64,000 bases of DNA from an uncultured Planctomycetales bacterium (GTDB lineage Bacteria > Omnitrophota > Gorgyraeia > Gygaellales > Profunditerraquicolaceae), in the NCBI GenBank assembly GCA_964487475.1, contig CAZAPM010000011.1, positions 3,167-67,166 on the forward strand, written 5' to 3'. The position numbers and the translations under genes are program-made. The notes under the pieces are model-generated. The model searched no databases, was not told the origin of the DNA, and was given only the letters and a program-made list of their open reading frames with translations. Positions 26,194 to 35,117 of the stretch are shown here, piece after piece. Numbering within the stretch: the stretch's first letter is position 1; each line of letters starts with the position of its first letter.

Positions 26194-27153
26194 ATGTTCT
26201 TTTTACAGTTACGGATGTGGTTGCTGCTCTCGGTGCTTTTCGGGTTGATCTACGCGGTGCTGACTATCCTGGGTACGACCTTCCTGCATACGGGGAGTTT
26301 CTCTTTTTATCTGGGGCTTTCCCTGGCCATGATGCTGGTCCAGTATATGATCGGCCCGATGATGGTGGAGTGGTCGATGCGGGTGCGATACCCCAAGAAA
26401 CAGGAGTATCCCCGGCTCTTCGCCATGGTCGAGGACCTGGCGCGCAAAGCCAATATCCCTGCCCCGCGCGTCGGGATCGCCCAGGTGCACATCCCCAACG
26501 CTTTCGCCTTCGGGCGCAGCATCCGCGACGGCCGGGTGTGCGTGACCGAGGGGATCATCGATCTGCTCGGCGAAGAGGAGCTCAAGGCGGTGCTGGCTCA
26601 CGAGTTAAGCCACCTGAAGAACCGGGATGTGCTGACCATCACGCTGCTTTCCGTGATCCCCATGCTCCTGTACCGCCTGGCCTGGCAGTTCCTTTTGTAC
26701 CGGAGACGGGATGACCGGGGAGGCAATACCGTGCTTATCGGGATCGCGGCCTTCGCGTTCTACTTTATCACCAATCTCCTGGTGCTCTATGCGTCGAGGA
26801 TCCGGGAATATTTTGCGGACCGGGGAGCGCTCGATTTAGGGGTAAGGCCTGCGGCACTGGCCTCGAGCCTGTATAAGCTGGTGTACGGTTCTGCCCGGGC
26901 CGACCGGAATTCGTTGAAGGAGGTCGAGGGATTGAAGGCCTTTTTCGTCAACGATCCGAGCCGGGCGCTCTACGAGATCCGGGAGCTTAAGATCCTGGAC
27001 CTGGATAAGAGCGGCACGATCGACCAGGCTGAATTGTCCGCGTTGATCGGAAAGAAGGTGAAGTTGGGGTGGGGGGACAGGTTGATGGAGCTGTTAAGCA
27101 CGCACCCGAACATGCTCAAAAGGATCAAGCAGCTTTCCCAGTACCACGCATAA
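26194..27153 (+). CDS. htpX: HtpX-type M48 zinc metalloprotease with an inserted EF-hand-like calcium-binding loop.
   Basis: Two N-terminal TM segments, HELSHL (HExxH), a third zinc-ligand region REYFADRGA and the C-terminal STHP motif. The insertion DLDKSGTIDQAEL fits the canonical EF-hand loop pattern. Confidence 0.8.
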   Translation: MFFLQLRMWLLLSVLFGLIYAVLTILGTTFLHTGSFSFYLGLSLAMMLVQYMIGPMMVEWSMRVRYPKKQEYPRLFAMVEDLARKANIPAPRVGIAQVHIPNAFAFGRSIRDGRVCVTEGIIDLLGEEELKAVLAHELSHLKNRDVLTITLLSVIPMLLYRLAWQFLLYRRRDDRGGNTVLIGIAAFAFYFITNLLVLYASRIREYFADRGALDLGVRPAALASSLYKLVYGSARADRNSLKEVEGLKAFFVNDPSRALYEIRELKILDLDKSGTIDQAELSALIGKKVKLGWGDRLMELLSTHPNMLKRIKQLSQYHA

Positions 27154-27177
27154 GGACATTCCGGTACATATATGTAA

Positions 27178-27209
27178 GGGCCAGGGCGAAACACCCTGGC
27201 CCTTGTTTT
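27178..27209 (+). terminator. Rho-independent terminator downstream of htpX.
   Basis: GGGCCAGGG-cgaaaca-CCCTGGCCC forms a perfect 9-bp GC-rich stem and is followed by TTGTTTT. Confidence 0.7.
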
Positions 27210-27256
27210 ACCTCTATTAAAGGGGAAATCCGACGCTGACAACGGGGCGGATTGTG

Positions 27257-27285
27257 TTGACAGTATTTGCAAACTACTATATAAT
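27257..27285 (+). promoter_or_regulatory. Consensus sigma70-type promoter (TTGACA-17-TATAAT) abutting the lysS start.
   Basis: TTGACA at 27257-27262, a 17-nt spacer and TATAAT at 27280-27285. The lysS ATG is at 27295 with no RBS in between. Confidence 0.6.
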
Positions 27286-27294
27286 AGACGAACT

Positions 27295-28758
27295 ATGGAC
27301 GAACATGACTTGAAATTACAGCGTATCGCTAAGCTTAACCTCTTAAAGGACAAGGGTATAGCATCATACGCCTCCCCCGATCCCGGATTCATTCCGGTGC
27401 AGGAGGCGGTCTCTCTCTTTGTGGAGGGGGCGGAACCGGTTAAGGTGAGCGTGTGCGGCCGCATCACCGCCAAACGTTCCCACGGCAAGGTGAGTTTCCT
27501 GGACATAAGGGATTGCACCGGCAGGATCCAGCTTTACGTGAAGAAGGATGTGGTCGGGGATGAAGCGCATACGGTCTTCGAGTGCACGGATATCGCGGAT
27601 TTCCTCCAGGTGTGGGGGGAGGTGTTCAAGACCCATACGGGCGAGATCACCATCAAGGTGCTGCAGGTGAAGGTGCTCGCGAAAGCCCTGCTGCCCCTTC
27701 CGGAGAAGTGGCACGGACTCAAGGATGTGGAAGTGCGCTACCGCCAGCGTTATCTCGACCTGGTATCCAATGAAGAGGTGCGCAAAGTGTTCGTGACCCG
27801 CGCCAAGGTGATCCACGCCCTGCGCAGCCATCTGGACGGCCAGGGGTATCTCGAGGTGGAGACCCCGATGATGCACGATATCCCCGGAGGCGCCGCCGGC
27901 CGGCCTTTCCGGACGCACCATAACGAGTATGACATGCCTTTATATATGCGCATCGCTCCCGAGCTGTTCCTGAAGAGGCTGCTGGTGGGAGGGTTCGACC
28001 GGGTCTATGAGATCAACCGCAGTTTCCGCAACGAAGGCGTCTCCACCCGGCACAACCCCGAGTTCACCATGCTCGAAGTGTACCGGGCGTATGCCAACTA
28101 CCGGGATATGATGCAATTATCCGTGGACCTGCTGGTAGGCTGCGCCATTGCCGCCAGGGGAAGCCTGCAATTCGAGTACCAGGGTAAGCCGGTGGACCTT
28201 TCCCCGCCGTGGAAGGAAGTATCCTTCGCGCAGGTGGTGAAGGATAAGTTCGGGATCGTTCCCGAGGACGCGGCGGAGACCATGCTCGCGAAGCTGCAGG
28301 CAAAAGGGTTTGCCCGGGAAGCGGCGCGCTTAAGCCGCACCCAGGTGACTAAATTGATGGAGGACGTGCTGCAGGAGGAGGTGGGTTTCAACCCTACCTT
28401 CGTGACGGATTATTTTACCAGCATGTCCCCTCTGGCCATGACCAGGAAGGATAATCCCTTGATCAGCGAGCGCTTCGAGCTTTACTGCGGAGGGATGGAG
28501 ATAGGCAACGCCTATACGGAGCTCAATAACCCTCTGGAGCAGCGGCAGCGCTTCGAAGAGGAGATCAAGGACTTGCCCGGCGAGGAGAAAAAGTCGGTGG
28601 ATGAGGATTACTGTACCGCGCTGGAGCACGGGATGCCTCCTGCGGGGGGATTGGGGTTAGGGGTCGACCGCGTGGTGATGCTTCTTTCCGGACAGGAGTC
28701 CATCCGGGAGGTCATCCTGTTCCCGCTGTTGAAACCTTCCCAGGAAGAGCCTAAGTAA
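27295..28758 (+). CDS. lysS: Lysine--tRNA ligase (class II).
   Basis: An N-terminal anticodon-binding OB-fold region followed by the class II aaRS core (487 aa). Confidence 0.9.
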   Translation: MDEHDLKLQRIAKLNLLKDKGIASYASPDPGFIPVQEAVSLFVEGAEPVKVSVCGRITAKRSHGKVSFLDIRDCTGRIQLYVKKDVVGDEAHTVFECTDIADFLQVWGEVFKTHTGEITIKVLQVKVLAKALLPLPEKWHGLKDVEVRYRQRYLDLVSNEEVRKVFVTRAKVIHALRSHLDGQGYLEVETPMMHDIPGGAAGRPFRTHHNEYDMPLYMRIAPELFLKRLLVGGFDRVYEINRSFRNEGVSTRHNPEFTMLEVYRAYANYRDMMQLSVDLLVGCAIAARGSLQFEYQGKPVDLSPPWKEVSFAQVVKDKFGIVPEDAAETMLAKLQAKGFAREAARLSRTQVTKLMEDVLQEEVGFNPTFVTDYFTSMSPLAMTRKDNPLISERFELYCGGMEIGNAYTELNNPLEQRQRFEEEIKDLPGEEKKSVDEDYCTALEHGMPPAGGLGLGVDRVVMLLSGQESIREVILFPLLKPSQEEPK

Positions 28759-29948
28759 TGCGGGCGGAATTCTTCATCAGCGTGCGCTATCTTCTGACCA
28801 AGCGCAAGGAGAAGTTCCTTTCTTTCATCAGCCTGATATCCGTGCTGGGGATCGCCATCGGGGTGACCGCGCTTATCGTGGTGCTGGCGGTGATGACGGG
28901 GTTCGACCGCGATTTGCATCAGAAGATCGTGGGCAACTATTCGGATATCACCCTGACCGGGATGAAGCCCCTGGACCAGGAGCGGTTCGCCTCGGTCGCG
29001 GAGACGTTGAAGTCCTGGCCGCACGTAAAGGCCTTCAGCCCGTATCTGGCAGGGCAGGTGCTGGTCAAGGAAGGCAGTCGTTTCATCGCCGTGACCTTAA
29101 AGGGCGTACGGCCGGAGAGCGAAGTGCGGGTGAGCCGCGCCGGGGAGTATCTTTTGAACGCCCGGATGGAGGATCTGAAGCCCGGCGAGGTGTTCGCGGG
29201 CAAGGAGCTGGCGGCGTCCTTCGGGTTTACCGTCGGATCGACCATTACCGTGTTCTCCCCCCAGGGCAAAGAGCACACCCTGAAGGTGGCGGGCCTCTTC
29301 GCTTCCGGGATGTACGAGTATGATATGAACCTGCTTTACGCCGAGGTCTCTACCGCGCAGGCGATCTACGGGATGAGCGGCCAGTACAATGCCGTGGCCA
29401 TCAAGCTCGACGACCTTTACCGGGCGGATAAGGTCAGGCAGGGGCTGCAGGAAAAGCTGGGGTATGAATATTTGCTGCGCACCTGGATGGAGGCGAACCA
29501 GAACTTTTTTGCCGCACTGCAGCTGGAAAAGTTCACCATGTTCATCATCCTGACGCTGATCATCCTGGTGGCGGCGTTCAATATCGTCAGTACCCTGGTG
29601 GTGCTGGTGGTGGAGAAGACCAAGGATATCGGGATCCTGCGCGCCCTGGGGATGTCGGCGAAAGGGATACGCACGCTGTTCATGTGCGAGGGAGTGATCA
29701 TCGGAGGGGTGGGGGTGCTTGCCGGCGTGGCCGGAGGGCTGACGCTTTGCGGCCTGCTGGAGAAGTACCAGTTCATCAAACTGCCCCAGGATGTCTATTA
29801 TATCGACCGTCTGCCGGTGGCCGTGGTGTGGTGGCCGGATATGGCGTTGACGGTGGGCGCGGCGCTGGCGATCGCGCTGCTGGCGACCATTTATCCGGCG
29901 GTCAAAGCCAGCAGGCTCAAGCCCGTGGAAGCCCTGCGCTACGAGTAA
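28758..29948 (+). CDS. Lipoprotein-releasing system permease (LolC/LolE, FtsX family).
   Basis: MRAEFFISVRYLLTKRKEKFLSFISLISVLGIAIGV N-terminus, a large periplasmic domain and an FtsX C-terminus. Followed by lolD. Confidence 0.8.
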   Translation: MRAEFFISVRYLLTKRKEKFLSFISLISVLGIAIGVTALIVVLAVMTGFDRDLHQKIVGNYSDITLTGMKPLDQERFASVAETLKSWPHVKAFSPYLAGQVLVKEGSRFIAVTLKGVRPESEVRVSRAGEYLLNARMEDLKPGEVFAGKELAASFGFTVGSTITVFSPQGKEHTLKVAGLFASGMYEYDMNLLYAEVSTAQAIYGMSGQYNAVAIKLDDLYRADKVRQGLQEKLGYEYLLRTWMEANQNFFAALQLEKFTMFIILTLIILVAAFNIVSTLVVLVVEKTKDIGILRALGMSAKGIRTLFMCEGVIIGGVGVLAGVAGGLTLCGLLEKYQFIKLPQDVYYIDRLPVAVVWWPDMALTVGAALAIALLATIYPAVKASRLKPVEALRYE

Positions 29949-29951
29949 CTC

Positions 29952-30635
29952 ATGGCCTCTCTTCTGGTCGCGAAAGGTATTCACAAGGAGTACGAGGCCG
30001 CCGGCAAGGCGGTGCGCGTATTGCGGGGGGTCGACCTGGAGGTGGCTGCCGGGGAGATGGTGGCGATCGTCGGACCTTCGGGTGCGGGGAAATCGACCCT
30101 GCTGCACATCCTGGGAGGACTGGACGCTCCCAGCCAGGGCAGCGTCATGTTCGAGGGCCGGGACCTTTACCGGTATTCCGATACCGCGCTCTCCCTGGTG
30201 CGTAACGTGCGTATCGGGTTCGTGTTCCAGTTCTATCATCTTTTGGCGGAGTTCACCGTCAGGGAGAACGTGATGATGCCGGTGTTCATCGCCGGTCTTT
30301 CCGGGAAGGCGCAGAAGCAGGCGCAGGAAAAGGCCCAGCAGCTCCTCTGCGAAGTGGGCTTAGGCGAGCGCACGGAGCATTTCCCCTCGCAGCTTTCCGG
30401 AGGAGAAAAGCAGCGGGTGGCGATCGTGCGGGCTTTGATGAATTCCCCGGCGCTCCTGGTGTGCGACGAGCCGACCGGAAACCTGGATTCCGTGACCGGT
30501 TTCGAGGTGTTCGGGATGCTCAAGCGGCTCGCGGCGCTCCAGGGCATGGCGTCGGTGGTGGTGACCCATAACCAGCAGCTGGCGAGGGAGGCGGACAGGA
30601 TGATGTCCCTTAAGGACGGGGTATTCGTGGGATGA
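29952..30635 (+). CDS. lolD: Lipoprotein-releasing system ATP-binding protein LolD.
   Basis: GPSGAGKSTLLHILGGLD Walker A, LSGGEKQRVAIVRAL signature, LLVCDEPTGNLD Walker B. Confidence 0.8.
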   Translation: MASLLVAKGIHKEYEAAGKAVRVLRGVDLEVAAGEMVAIVGPSGAGKSTLLHILGGLDAPSQGSVMFEGRDLYRYSDTALSLVRNVRIGFVFQFYHLLAEFTVRENVMMPVFIAGLSGKAQKQAQEKAQQLLCEVGLGERTEHFPSQLSGGEKQRVAIVRALMNSPALLVCDEPTGNLDSVTGFEVFGMLKRLAALQGMASVVVTHNQQLAREADRMMSLKDGVFVG

Positions 30636-31648
30636 GCCCGAGGCTGACGTGGGGGCTGCAGGGGGTTATTCTCAGTTTTCTGTGTGCGCTCCTGGTGTTC
30701 TACGTTTCGGAGAATCTCTCGCTTCGGCAGCGGGACAAAGAGCGCAGCATCGAGATGCAGGAAGCGATCTATGCCGGAAGGGCTTTTTATTATGCGCCGG
30801 ATAACCCGGTATATACCGCGCAGTTGTACAACCGGCAGATGTTCCCGACTTCGTTACATATGCTGGAGCGTCATGCGGGGGTAAAAAGGGAAACCGCGTT
30901 CTTTCTTTTGAATCTGGGGTTCGAGGTCCTTTGTTTCACCGGCCTTTATGTGCTTGTGACCGGAGTGTTCCGGGGAGCATTCCGTACCGTTTTGACCGCA
31001 CAGGCGTTACTGGCGCTGGGGTTTTTGGCGACATTCACCTACGGCTATAAGCATAGCACTGAACATCTTGATGCGTTCTTTTTCATCGTGCTTTCCGGGC
31101 TGGCGCTGGCGCGCTGGCGCGCGTCGTTCCTGGCGGTGGTCATTCTTGCTTCGTGCAACCGGGAATCGGCGGTGTTCGCGGGGGTGCTTTGGTTCTTCCT
31201 TTGGAAGAAATCCGGGATGAGGGAAGTGCTTTTTTCCGTATGTGTGTGCCTGGCGGCGATTGCCGCAGTGGTCGGGATGCGTTATGCGTCCGCCGGGAAT
31301 ATCCTGGGGAAGGACTCGTTCGCGCTGCCGTTCGTCTATCAGCAGCTTTGGTTCGGGTCGATCCCGGAAAAGTTTTTTTCGCTGTGGGAGAACATCAGGT
31401 ATCCGTTCTCCTGGATTTATATGGTGGCGGCGATGTTCGTGCCCGGGATGTTATGGGCATGGTCTTTGCGCGGGAGATTCGATAGCATGGAGCGGAGCCT
31501 GATACAGGCAAACCTTTGCCTGTTCGGCCTCACCTGCGCATTGGGGATGGTCGATGAGCCGCGGATCTTTGTTCCTTCTCTTGCGCTGTTGCTTGTGACG
31601 GCGGCGCGGGCTGAAAGCAGGATATGCGTGGATCAAGGCTGTTGCTGA
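30632..31648 (+). CDS. Polytopic membrane protein of unknown family (paralog A of a tandem pair).
   Basis: 338 aa with about 8 TM segments. Shares MQEAIY.G..F......Y.AQLYNR..FPT.L.MLE, NRESA.FAGV.WFFLW and G.VDE.RI..P...LL...AARAESR with the next ORF. Confidence 0.5.
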   Translation: MSPRLTWGLQGVILSFLCALLVFYVSENLSLRQRDKERSIEMQEAIYAGRAFYYAPDNPVYTAQLYNRQMFPTSLHMLERHAGVKRETAFFLLNLGFEVLCFTGLYVLVTGVFRGAFRTVLTAQALLALGFLATFTYGYKHSTEHLDAFFFIVLSGLALARWRASFLAVVILASCNRESAVFAGVLWFFLWKKSGMREVLFSVCVCLAAIAAVVGMRYASAGNILGKDSFALPFVYQQLWFGSIPEKFFSLWENIRYPFSWIYMVAAMFVPGMLWAWSLRGRFDSMERSLIQANLCLFGLTCALGMVDEPRIFVPSLALLLVTAARAESRICVDQGCC

Positions 31649-32625
31649 AAGCATCGTTCATAAGCGTGTTGCTTGCGGCGCTGGTGTGCAACGTTTCCTT
31701 TAACCTGTACCCCCGGTTCATGCATCACGCGGAAAATGTCGCGATGCAGCAGGCGATCTATCGGGGGGAGCCGTTCCCCGTCGACGGGGTGATGGCGTAC
31801 CATGCGCAGCTGTATAACCGCCTGCTTTTTCCCACGGCCCTGCGGATGCTGGAAGGATTGCGGGTGTGCTCCGCGCAGCGTTGTTACCTGTTCCTGCGCC
31901 TTGCGACCGCGGCCGCGTGCTTTTTCGTGTTCTTTCTGATGGTGGTGTGGTGCTTCCGTGGCCCGGCGCGGGTGGCGTTGTTCGCGCAGGCGCTTTTGGC
32001 TCTGGGGTTGATCAGTTCGTTCAATTCCGGGTGGGAGCATAATACCGATCTGCTAGACGCCTGTTTCATGTCCGGGTTCGTCTGGTGCGCCCTCGAGCGG
32101 CGGCGCTGGGCGCTGCTGGCCGTGGCGCTGCTGGCCGTGTTCAACCGGGAATCGGCGGCGTTCGCGGGCGTGGTCTGGTTCTTTCTCTGGGGCCGGCGCA
32201 GCGTCAAAGAGGCGGCGTTTTCCGCGGGAGTGTTCCTGGCAACGGTGAGCCTGGCGGTATATGTGCGCACCATGGTCGGTGCCGCGATACTGGCGCATGA
32301 CCCCTATGCCGTACCGCTGGTGCATCAGCAGATATGGGTCGCTACCATCTGGCGCAGGATATGGGAGCCGGGAACGCCGTTCCATCCTTTTGCCTGGCCC
32401 TGGGCGGTCGCAGGGATGTTCTTTCCGGCGGCGTGCTGGCTTTGGGAACTGCGCGAAAAGCTTGACCGGCCGGAGAAGGGTTTATTGCAGGCGGCGGCGG
32501 TGGTAGTCGCATTTTGCGTGGTGCTGGGGTTGGTAGACGAAGCGCGTATTTATATTCCGGCGATGGTGCTGCTGGTCGCGGCCGCGGCCAGGGCGGAGAG
32601 CCGGTCGTATTCACCGGCAGTGTGA
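31624..32625 (+). CDS. Polytopic membrane protein of unknown family (paralog B of a tandem pair).
   Basis: 333 aa, collinear similarity to 30632-31648 across the whole length; overlaps that ORF by 25 nt. Confidence 0.5.
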   Translation: MRGSRLLLKASFISVLLAALVCNVSFNLYPRFMHHAENVAMQQAIYRGEPFPVDGVMAYHAQLYNRLLFPTALRMLEGLRVCSAQRCYLFLRLATAAACFFVFFLMVVWCFRGPARVALFAQALLALGLISSFNSGWEHNTDLLDACFMSGFVWCALERRRWALLAVALLAVFNRESAAFAGVVWFFLWGRRSVKEAAFSAGVFLATVSLAVYVRTMVGAAILAHDPYAVPLVHQQIWVATIWRRIWEPGTPFHPFAWPWAVAGMFFPAACWLWELREKLDRPEKGLLQAAAVVVAFCVVLGLVDEARIYIPAMVLLVAAAARAESRSYSPAV

Positions 32626-32635
32626 GGAGGATCTC

Positions 32636-33508
32636 TTGATGAAGGTGTACGTGAACGGTAAGTTATACGAGAAGGATCAGGCCAGGATCTCGGTGTTTGA
32701 CCACGGCTTGTTATACGGCGACGGTGTGTTCGAGGGGATCCGTTCCTATTCCCGTCTGGTCTTCAAGCTCAAGGAGCATATCGACCGCCTCTACGAGTCG
32801 GCGCATACGCTCATGCTCAAGATCCACCTGACAAAGCAGGAGATGATGGACGCGGTGATCCGCACCCTCAAGGCCAACGGGCTGGACGATGCGTATATCC
32901 GCCTGGTGGTGACCCGGGGAGAGGGCGACCTCGGCCTCGACCCGCGCAAGTGCACCGGACACCCGACGGTGATCATCATCACCGATAAGATCACCCTGTA
33001 TCCGGAGAAATTCTACAAGGAAGGCCTGGAGATCATCACCGTGCCTACGGTGAGGAATCTGCCCGAAGCCCTCAATCCGCAGATCAAGTCCCTGAATTAC
33101 CTCAACAACATCCTGGCCAAGATCGAAGCGGTCAATTCGGGGTGCGCCGAAGCGATCATGCTCGATTCCTTAGGCTACGTGGCGGAGTGCACCGGGGACA
33201 ATATCTTCGTGGTCAAGCACGGAGAGCTTTTCACCCCTCCGCAGTGCATGGGCACGCTGCGGGGAATCACCCGCGACGCGGTGCTGGAGATCGCCTCCCG
33301 GAAGAAGGTGGGGGCGCATGAGCATGTGATCACGCGGCACGAGGTCTTCAACGCCGACGAATGCTTTCTGACCGGCACTGCGGCGGAGATCATCCCGGTG
33401 GTCAAGGTGGACGGCCGGCGCATCGGCACGGGCGTGCCGGGAAAACTGACGTTATCCCTGATGAAGGAATTCCACGCCGTGACCAAGAAGTACGGCGTGC
33501 GGTATTAA
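32636..33508 (+). CDS. ilvE: Branched-chain amino acid aminotransferase (class IV PLP fold, short form).
   Basis: 290 aa; GDGVFEGIRSY N-terminal motif and a class IV aminotransferase architecture. Could alternatively be a D-amino acid aminotransferase. Confidence 0.65.
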   Translation: MMKVYVNGKLYEKDQARISVFDHGLLYGDGVFEGIRSYSRLVFKLKEHIDRLYESAHTLMLKIHLTKQEMMDAVIRTLKANGLDDAYIRLVVTRGEGDLGLDPRKCTGHPTVIIITDKITLYPEKFYKEGLEIITVPTVRNLPEALNPQIKSLNYLNNILAKIEAVNSGCAEAIMLDSLGYVAECTGDNIFVVKHGELFTPPQCMGTLRGITRDAVLEIASRKKVGAHEHVITRHEVFNADECFLTGTAAEIIPVVKVDGRRIGTGVPGKLTLSLMKEFHAVTKKYGVRY

Positions 33509-33523
33509 GCCGCGGAGGCGGGT

Positions 33524-34063
33524 ATGTTATGCGATTCCTGCGGGAAGAATCCCGCGACGGTGCATCTTACCGAGATCATAGACGAGCAGATGAGCGAGCT
33601 GCACCTGTGCGAGGAGTGCGCGCGCAAGAAGTCCGAGCAGATGGAGCAGCAGTTCGGGCTGGGGGACCTTCTGGGAGGGCTGGCGGAGTTCGGCAAGCCC
33701 ACGCTGGATAAGGAGGACACTTCCCTCAAATGCCCCAAGTGCGGGCTCTCCTACGCGGAGTTCAAGAAGGTGGGCCGGCTGGGATGCGCGGACTGCTATG
33801 TCTCCTTCAAGAAGTATCTCGGTCCGCTGCTGAAGAAGATCCACGGCTCGAACATACATTTCGGCAAGTCGCCGGTGAACCTGCCCAAGGCCCCGTCCAA
33901 GAAGAAGCCGGAGGCACAGGACCTGCGGGCGAAACTGCAGAAGGCGATCGAGATGGAGGCTTTCGAGGAGGCGGCGAGCTTGAGGGACCAGATCAAGGAA
34001 GCGGAAAAGAAGCAGTCGGATGAACCGGGACAGGGGGAGGTCCAGGCCGATGGAGATAAATGA
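33524..34063 (+). CDS. mcsA: Protein-arginine kinase activator McsA (zinc-finger plus UVR-domain protein).
   Basis: Two CxxC pairs (CDSCG...CEEC, CPKCG...CADC) and a C-terminal UVR motif LRAKLQKAIEMEAFEEAASLRDQIKE. Directly upstream of mcsB and clpC. Confidence 0.75.
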   Translation: MLCDSCGKNPATVHLTEIIDEQMSELHLCEECARKKSEQMEQQFGLGDLLGGLAEFGKPTLDKEDTSLKCPKCGLSYAEFKKVGRLGCADCYVSFKKYLGPLLKKIHGSNIHFGKSPVNLPKAPSKKKPEAQDLRAKLQKAIEMEAFEEAASLRDQIKEAEKKQSDEPGQGEVQADGDK

Positions 34064-35102
34064 TCTTTTAAGCCACACCAGCGAATGGCTGAGAGGCACC
34101 GGTCCGCACGCGGACATCGTGATCTCCAGCCGGATCAGGCTGGCGCGCAACCTGGAGAAATTCCCTTTTCCCCACTGGGCGAACAAGCTGCAATCCGCCG
34201 GAGTGCTGGAGAAGCTCGTCGCGGCCAAGGATAAAGTGGAGATGCTCGTTCCCCTGACGGTGTTCACGCTTGCGGAGCTCGACAGCGTGGATAAGCAGTT
34301 CCTGGTGGAGCGGCACCTGATGTCCCTGGAGCAGGCGCAGCGCAAGAACAGCAAGGCGTTGTTCGTGGACAATGACGAGGTGATCTCGGTCATGGTCAAC
34401 GAAGAGGACCATATCCGCATGCAGGTGATGCAGTCGGGGTTCAACCTGTTGGAGGCCTGGTCGATCATCAACCGTATCGATGACGCCCTGGCGCAGCAGC
34501 TGCCCCTGGCATTCTCCTCGGAGTGGGGGTACCTGACGGCCTGTCCGACCAACACCGGCACGGGGATGCGCGGGTCGGTCATGCTGCATCTGCCGGCGCT
34601 GGTGATGACCGGGCAGATCAACCGGGTGCTTTCCGCCATCGCCAAGCTCTCCTTCACCACCCGGGGGCTTTACGGCGAAGGGACCCAGGCGAGCGGCAAC
34701 TTCTTCCAGATCTCGAACCAGGTATCCCTCGGGCACACCGAAGAGGAGATACTGGATAATATCACCAGCCTGATCCGCCAGATCGTGGAGCAGGAGAACA
34801 ACGCCCGCGAGGCCATGCTCACCAAGGAGCGGCCGGCGCTGGAGGACCGGGTCAGCCGCAGTTTCGGGATACTCAAGAACGCGCGCATCATCTCCAGCCA
34901 GGAAACGATCGAGCTGCTTTCCATGGTGCGTTTGGGATGCGACCTGGGGTTCCTGAAGGATATCGACCGAAGGACGGTCAACGAGCTTTTCATCACCACG
35001 CAGCCGTCGCATTTGCAGAAGCTTTACCATAAGAAACTGACTTCGCAGGAACGGGATATCCTGCGGGCCGAACTCATACGCAGCACGTTGAAGACACAGT
35101 AA
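34050..35102 (+). CDS. mcsB: Protein arginine kinase McsB (ATP:guanido phosphotransferase family).
   Basis: Phosphagen-kinase-like core (GTGMRGSVMLHLPAL) and its position between mcsA and clpC. ATG 34050 is preceded by GGGGGAGG. Confidence 0.8.
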   Translation: MEINDLLSHTSEWLRGTGPHADIVISSRIRLARNLEKFPFPHWANKLQSAGVLEKLVAAKDKVEMLVPLTVFTLAELDSVDKQFLVERHLMSLEQAQRKNSKALFVDNDEVISVMVNEEDHIRMQVMQSGFNLLEAWSIINRIDDALAQQLPLAFSSEWGYLTACPTNTGTGMRGSVMLHLPALVMTGQINRVLSAIAKLSFTTRGLYGEGTQASGNFFQISNQVSLGHTEEEILDNITSLIRQIVEQENNAREAMLTKERPALEDRVSRSFGILKNARIISSQETIELLSMVRLGCDLGFLKDIDRRTVNELFITTQPSHLQKLYHKKLTSQERDILRAELIRSTLKTQ

Positions 35103-35117
35103 TCTGGAGGATTGGCT

